The position numbers and the translations under genes were made by a program. This document shows, one piece after another, positions 58,686-64,000 of a DNA stretch of 64,000 bases. Source of the stretch: the human T2T-CHM13v2.0 reference genome, Homo sapiens; the NCBI RefSeq assembly GCF_009914755.1, contig NC_060944.1; one strand, 5' to 3'. Each line of letters opens with the position of its first letter. Position 1 is the first letter of the stretch. Under the pieces are notes generated by a model. It saw only the letters and a program-made list of their open reading frames with translations. It was not told the DNA's origin and did no database searches.

Positions 58686-59602
58686 TTATCAGGAACTCTT
58701 GTGACACCCATTACTTAGAAGATTTTCAATAATTATTCTAGAATGAATAAATAAACAAATGCATGAATGAATGAACCTCTAATCACAGATACCCACAACT
58801 CTCCACACACCCTCCCTTGTCTTTGCGTTTTTGAATTTATCTAGCACAATATTCAGCTCTTTCTAATTATACCTCCCTTCTGTCATTTGAAAATGGGTCG
58901 CTTTTTCCTACACTTATTTAAGTCTTCCTAAAACATCATGAAATGGGAACTGAAATGCATGTATGTCATTAAGTAAACATTATCAGACCTCAAAGAACCC
59001 AGTGAAGGCCACCAACGTTCCTTGAAGAATTAAAGCTGAAATGGACCAGCTCAGCATTACGAATAATGCGTTCCTCAGAAGTATCTTTTAAGATGTAAAC
59101 AGGTGTTTTTTTGGATAAGAAGCTCTACAATCAAGTAAATTAGAATACACTGTTTAAAAAATGTAAACAGGTTCTTTAGTGCAGAATTGCTTAGAGCTTA
59201 CTGTATGCCAATGTGCTCTATGAATCTCTGAGAGAGATACGGTATATTTTTTCAAAATGTATTTGAACATAGAATCAATTTTTCCAGGTACAACTATTAA
59301 CATACCATAACAATTATTTAAACACAGTTTAAAATACATTTTACTGGATCCACTGAGCTTTGACTGTCACACCCTGCTATTTTCCTAAAAAAGAATTAGA
59401 ACTAAGATATTATCTTTACAAAACTTCTTATGTATTTTATATTTTTATATTATTAGGTTTTAGTAGCAACCTTAAGAGAATCACAAAATCTTGGATCTGA
59501 GAGGAAATCTTAAAATCCTTAAGATTTTACATTGTACAGTATGGGGAGTGATTATTGATTATGTTGGTATTCATGAACCCCTCCACAAATCTGATGAAAA
59601 TA

Positions 59603-60205
59603 TTTGCATGTCGTAGGAGGTCTAGAACATTCATGTTAATGTACTTCACTAGCTAAAAATGAATATAAAAAACTGAATTATGGCAATAGTGGCATAATTA
59701 TAGTATGACAGTAGTATAGTAGATCCAGAAAAATGCATCTACACAGAAAAGCTACAAGAAGTTCACAAACCTTTTGATGAATATTCATAGACCCCGTGTT
59801 TTTAATGCCTTTCCTCCTGTGATGACTACTGTACATATTGAAGAAACTTAGGTCCAAAAGTCATACAGCTTTTAAGATCAAAGTCAAGATAAGAATTTGG
59901 GAATTCTGGCAACCTCGCTGCTTGTTTTTAGATTCAATCTAACTGAAAACAATTTTTATATTATTATTTTTGGACTCTATCAGGCCTCTCTGCTCTTCTA
60001 AAGCTGCTAATGCAATTAATTGAACCTACCTCAGTCCATCACTAAAGACAGTGTGGTTGGCCAGTGTTTTCCAATGCCTTAGGCGGTTGTCCTAAGATTA
60101 ATTCCCTACTACTGTCATACTATAATTATGCCACTATTGACATAATTCAGTTGTTTATATTCATTTCTAGCTAGTGAAGTTTCTAGACCTCCTATGACAT
60201 GCAAA
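59603..60205. repeat. Long inverted repeat of unique sequence (arms 59603-59716 and 60107-60205, 390-bp spacer)
   Basis: The reverse complement of 60107-60205 matches 59603-59716 at 95 of 99 positions, plus a 15-bp insertion (59628-59642) in the left arm. Confidence 0.95.
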
Positions 60206-60399
60206 GTTCAAATAAATAAGGATTCAGAAGTCTGACTGTGGTCATAAATTCCAGAATAGAAAAAACATGAATGTTCTTAGCATGCTTCTTTGTAAATAAG
60301 TTTGATGACCCTTGCTGAAAAAAAAATTCATGAGTAGAAAATATTGCTAGTGATAATTACCACCCAAACTTTATTGATGTCTGTGTGTATGTACATAGT

Positions 60400-60428
60400 T
60401 GATAGATGATAGATATAGATAGATAGAT
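60400..60428. repeat. Short (GATA)n
   Basis: GATAGATGATAGATATAGATAGATAGATA. Confidence 0.7.
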
Positions 60429-60694
60429 AAAAGTGGCATGTGTAGACATTAAATGCTTTAATGTTTATGAAATGTTATTACTATGGACCATGCTCATGAA
60501 TACTAATGAATGAAAATTGCATGCTTTTACTCAAAATAGAGACCATAAAATTAATTTATTAAGCATTTGTTAAGCAGAACATAGGATAGCACTGTTATGA
60601 GCTGATACTCCAGTACTATCCTAAAATTTCAGCTTGGGAAAAAAGTTCCAAGCAAATGCAACTGCCTTCAAATAGACCTATACAATGTTAACAT

Positions 60695-60935
60695 TTATGA
60701 GTTACCCGAGCCATGTGTCAGGTACCCAGCCAACCACTGTACTTGCAATCTTTATATTGAATCTTTACAGCACCTAAAAAAGGTGGCTACTTCTCTCTCT
60801 CTTTTAACAGATTAGGAAATGAAGATTCAGAAAAGTTCAATAACTGTCTCATGCTCATATGGCTAGTAAGGGTGAGAGCCTGGGTTTGAACCTTTGACTT
60901 TTTGGTTCATCATCCTAAGTTCCTAACCATTATAC
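60695..60935 (-). mobile_element. MIR SINE
   Basis: TTTTAACAGATTAGGAAATGAAGATTCAGAAAAGTTCAATAACT...GGCTAGTAAGGGTGAGAGCCTGGGTTTGAACC. Confidence 0.7.
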
Positions 60936-61640
60936 ATCTTGCCCCTTGGTAACCACTGGCAGTTCTGCAACTGCTAGGGCCAAATGCAAGCTCCTGATTC
61001 ATATTTTTATTTCCCCTACATTTGTTAACATAATCAGTCACTTTTGTTGAAAGGTATTCTTTTCAAAAGCCAGCTATTACTGAGTTTTTCTACTTCATTC
61101 AAACTCTTCATCCAATATTCATCATCCTGGTTTTCTTCAGTCATCAATTCCTTCACCTATGCATGCATATATTATGAAGGACACTATGCAAAGCAAAGTT
61201 GAATGAAATATGGTCTCTGCCCTCAAGAAACTTGGAATTCAGAGGAGGAAGAAACAATTAAACCAATTAGTACAGCACAACTTAAAATGTCAGCACGTGG
61301 GTTACAAGATCATGGAAGAGACTTACCCAAATTGCCCTGGTGTGTAGGATGGAATTCCTGAAGGAACTGTTGCCTGAGCTGAGTTTTGAAGAACGGTGGG
61401 AATTGGCTGAATAAAGAAGAGTTGGGGCTGGGAGTAGGCATTGTGGACCTAGGGAACAATATACATGAGGCCTAACCTAAAAGGACGAATTCTACAAATT
61501 GTAACTAGTTCAGAGCAAATGAATTCTGGAGCATGGGTGCCCTGTATCTGTGTGCTTTTATGCATGTGTAAGCTATGGCTTAGCCTTTACAAAGCCTTAG
61601 CATGCTGCCCAGAAGTTCACTCTGGGTCTAGGTCCCAGCT

Positions 61641-61675
<35 letters not shown>

Positions 61676-61716
61676 AATATGTTGTGAGTGTGTGTGTGTG
61701 TGTGTGGTGTGTGTGT
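61641..61716. repeat. Compound (TC)n-(TG)n microsatellite
   Basis: (TC)n at 61641-61675 followed by (TG)n at 61684-61716. Confidence 0.92.
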
Positions 61717-64000
61717 TTTGAGTATATGTCTGTCGCAAATGTATGTGCATGTGTTGCATATGTGCAGAACCTGTGAAAAACTCCTTTCATGTCCTTGTTT
61801 CTTGCAGAGAACTCTACATCATCCTACACATGTCTTCTTGCTCCTTCCTCCTTACGAGGAAGGTCCTGAGAAACTTCCTTCATGATCCTCCACACCCTTT
61901 GCCATCACTGTATCCCATTCTCCCTTCTTAAGAGAAGCAGATGGGATGAACAGACTATGATTATTACCAAAATAAATTATACTAGCAACTGTCAGTCCCT
62001 TCCTGGGCAGTATATCTGCAGCAACGAAAAAGATATCTCTAGTGTCCCTGTTCAATATCCCTTTGTTCATAAATTTTGCTTTCTCCATTTTTAATTTCTA
62101 CTAACAGAGAAACTGGCTCCTCAATATCTCCAATGAGACATGAGATTCAAGATTAGATGTCACTATATGCCTCAAAAGTATACAAGCAGGTAGAATACTC
62201 CACCCAATCCCAATCCCTTGGGCCCATCAGTCTTGGCCAATCTCCAGGGTCTTGGCTATGGACTTTGTGTTCATTCCCATGGACAAGCCAGTCACCCAAC
62301 CCCTGTGAGCAGAACTGCACAGACCACTGAAGAAGGTCACCATGAGAAGAGCTCTGTAATGTCTGTATGTAACTTATGTAGGGAGTAATCTGAATGTGGC
62401 ACTCTGTAATTTTCTCTGTCTCCTTGGAATCTACCATTTCTCTCTGTAGTTCTTTCAAGGTACAGTCTGATGCAAAGAGAAGAGCCATCCCTGATTTGAG
62501 CAAATCCTAAGACTAACCCCATGAACTCTGTTCCTCTTCTTACACACTTAGCCTTTTGAAAGTGAAGCCTTCTATGAGACAGAGAAGCCCAGGATACATC
62601 TTCCTGCTTGAATGATTTTTAAAAGGCAGAAAAATGGGTAGGGGAGACACAAGGAATAAAAACTCTCCTTCAATCACATATGCCTATGTAGATTATTCTG
62701 GTTATGAGAGCACACTTTTCACGAAAATCTCAGAGGACTTGGTGTCCTCTAAAAGGTTAAGAACCCCTGATTGAGAGAGATCTTTAGCAATGGAAATAAA
62801 AATTCTGCTTCTTCAGAATAAAGTGGATGTGCATATGTCATCTCCCCTCAGATAAGTCTGATGCTAATTGCTCATTCAGGTATGAATCCTTTCCATCTGA
62901 CACCACTGCTGCTTCCTGATGTACCTGCAACTTTTGTGATTTTACTACCCATGCAAACAGTCGTTTGCTGCCTCCAACAAAAGACACGAGCTATTTATTG
63001 CTTTACTTTACAGATGCTGCTGGAGATCACATTTAACAATACAAATACCACAGAATTGTCTTTGGCTGTCACAAGCTGCCAAAGTGTAGCTCAAACCAGA
63101 GCCTGATAATGTACTTTGCAAAACTCTATGCTAGTGATTTTACACACATTCCAGGCTTAATTAGACAGGGCTAAAATGGAACCTAGCTTTTAGCAGTTAC
63201 ACTCTTTTGTCGGTATCTAAACAGTAATGCTTATCTCTTGGTTTGTGACTTGTCTCACAAGTATATATAATTGCAGTATTTCATTACTGGAAACAAACTT
63301 CAACATCTACTACAGCATACAAAAATGCAGTGAGCAATTCTATTTGGGCTGAAGATGTACTACAAAATAAATGGAATCTAGTCTTACCTAAATATTCATC
63401 TTTCATTTTGGAGGAACACACACACTCACATGCACACACCACTTCTACTGCTTGCTTTGTTCTGAGTTAACTGTAGACATAGCTAAAACCTTCCAGGTTT
63501 GCATGGAGCTGTCTACCAGATGGGAAGGTGAAGGTAGGGATGGCAGTTACACTAGGACAACATTACCTGAAAAATCCTGGCAAGCCCCTTCACCCCTCCA
63601 TGCCTCAGTTTTCCCAGCTTTAAAATTGTGTAACAACAATTTCAGAGAGTTGTTACATGAGTTAATCAGTGTAGGGTCTTCAAACCAGAACATGCCACTA
63701 GATGTTCATTAGTAGTACTGTTATTATCTCACAAGTGAGCATAAGAATATCACCTTGAACATGAGAGGGCTTCTCTGAAGTCAGACGGGTTAGTGCACAT
63801 GCAGCATTTAGAAGTATTTCCACACGTGTGAAAACGGTGCAACTGCTAACTGTTGCTATTTCATCTCCTGGAGGCATTATTGTAAAGACAGTGTTCAAAA
63901 TGCACCTGTTGTATTCAGTGAACCTCCACTATCAATTTTGTGGACTTATGTGCATTTTGGGCCTTTTTGTTACAAGGCCAAATATTGTGCAGGGTGAAGA

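Overview
Primate genomic DNA, probably human or another ape (it carries an L1PA3-type insertion, AluY elements and a HERV-H LTR7B). It is AT-rich, CpG-depleted and has no CpG island. I recognise no cellular protein-coding exon, tRNA, rRNA or CRISPR array; the only recognisable proteins in the ORF track are broken LINE-1 ORF2 fragments. The window reads as a large intron or gene desert filled with retroelements: a full THE1D provirus, THE1C and LTR7B solo LTRs, six Alus, several L1s (one with a twin-priming inversion), and many MIR, L2, MER and MLT1 relics. Repeat-free blocks between them may be conserved regulatory elements, and a few + strand segments have good splice signals. The most unusual structure is a 99-bp near-perfect inverted duplication of unique DNA (59603-59716 vs 60107-60205). 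Its left copy has a 15-bp insert that matches a third nearby site, which points to serial template switching and gives a potential long hairpin. I found no convincing new multi-gene biological system. Repeat subfamily names come from remembered consensus sequences and need Dfam/RepeatMasker confirmation. The host locus could not be identified.
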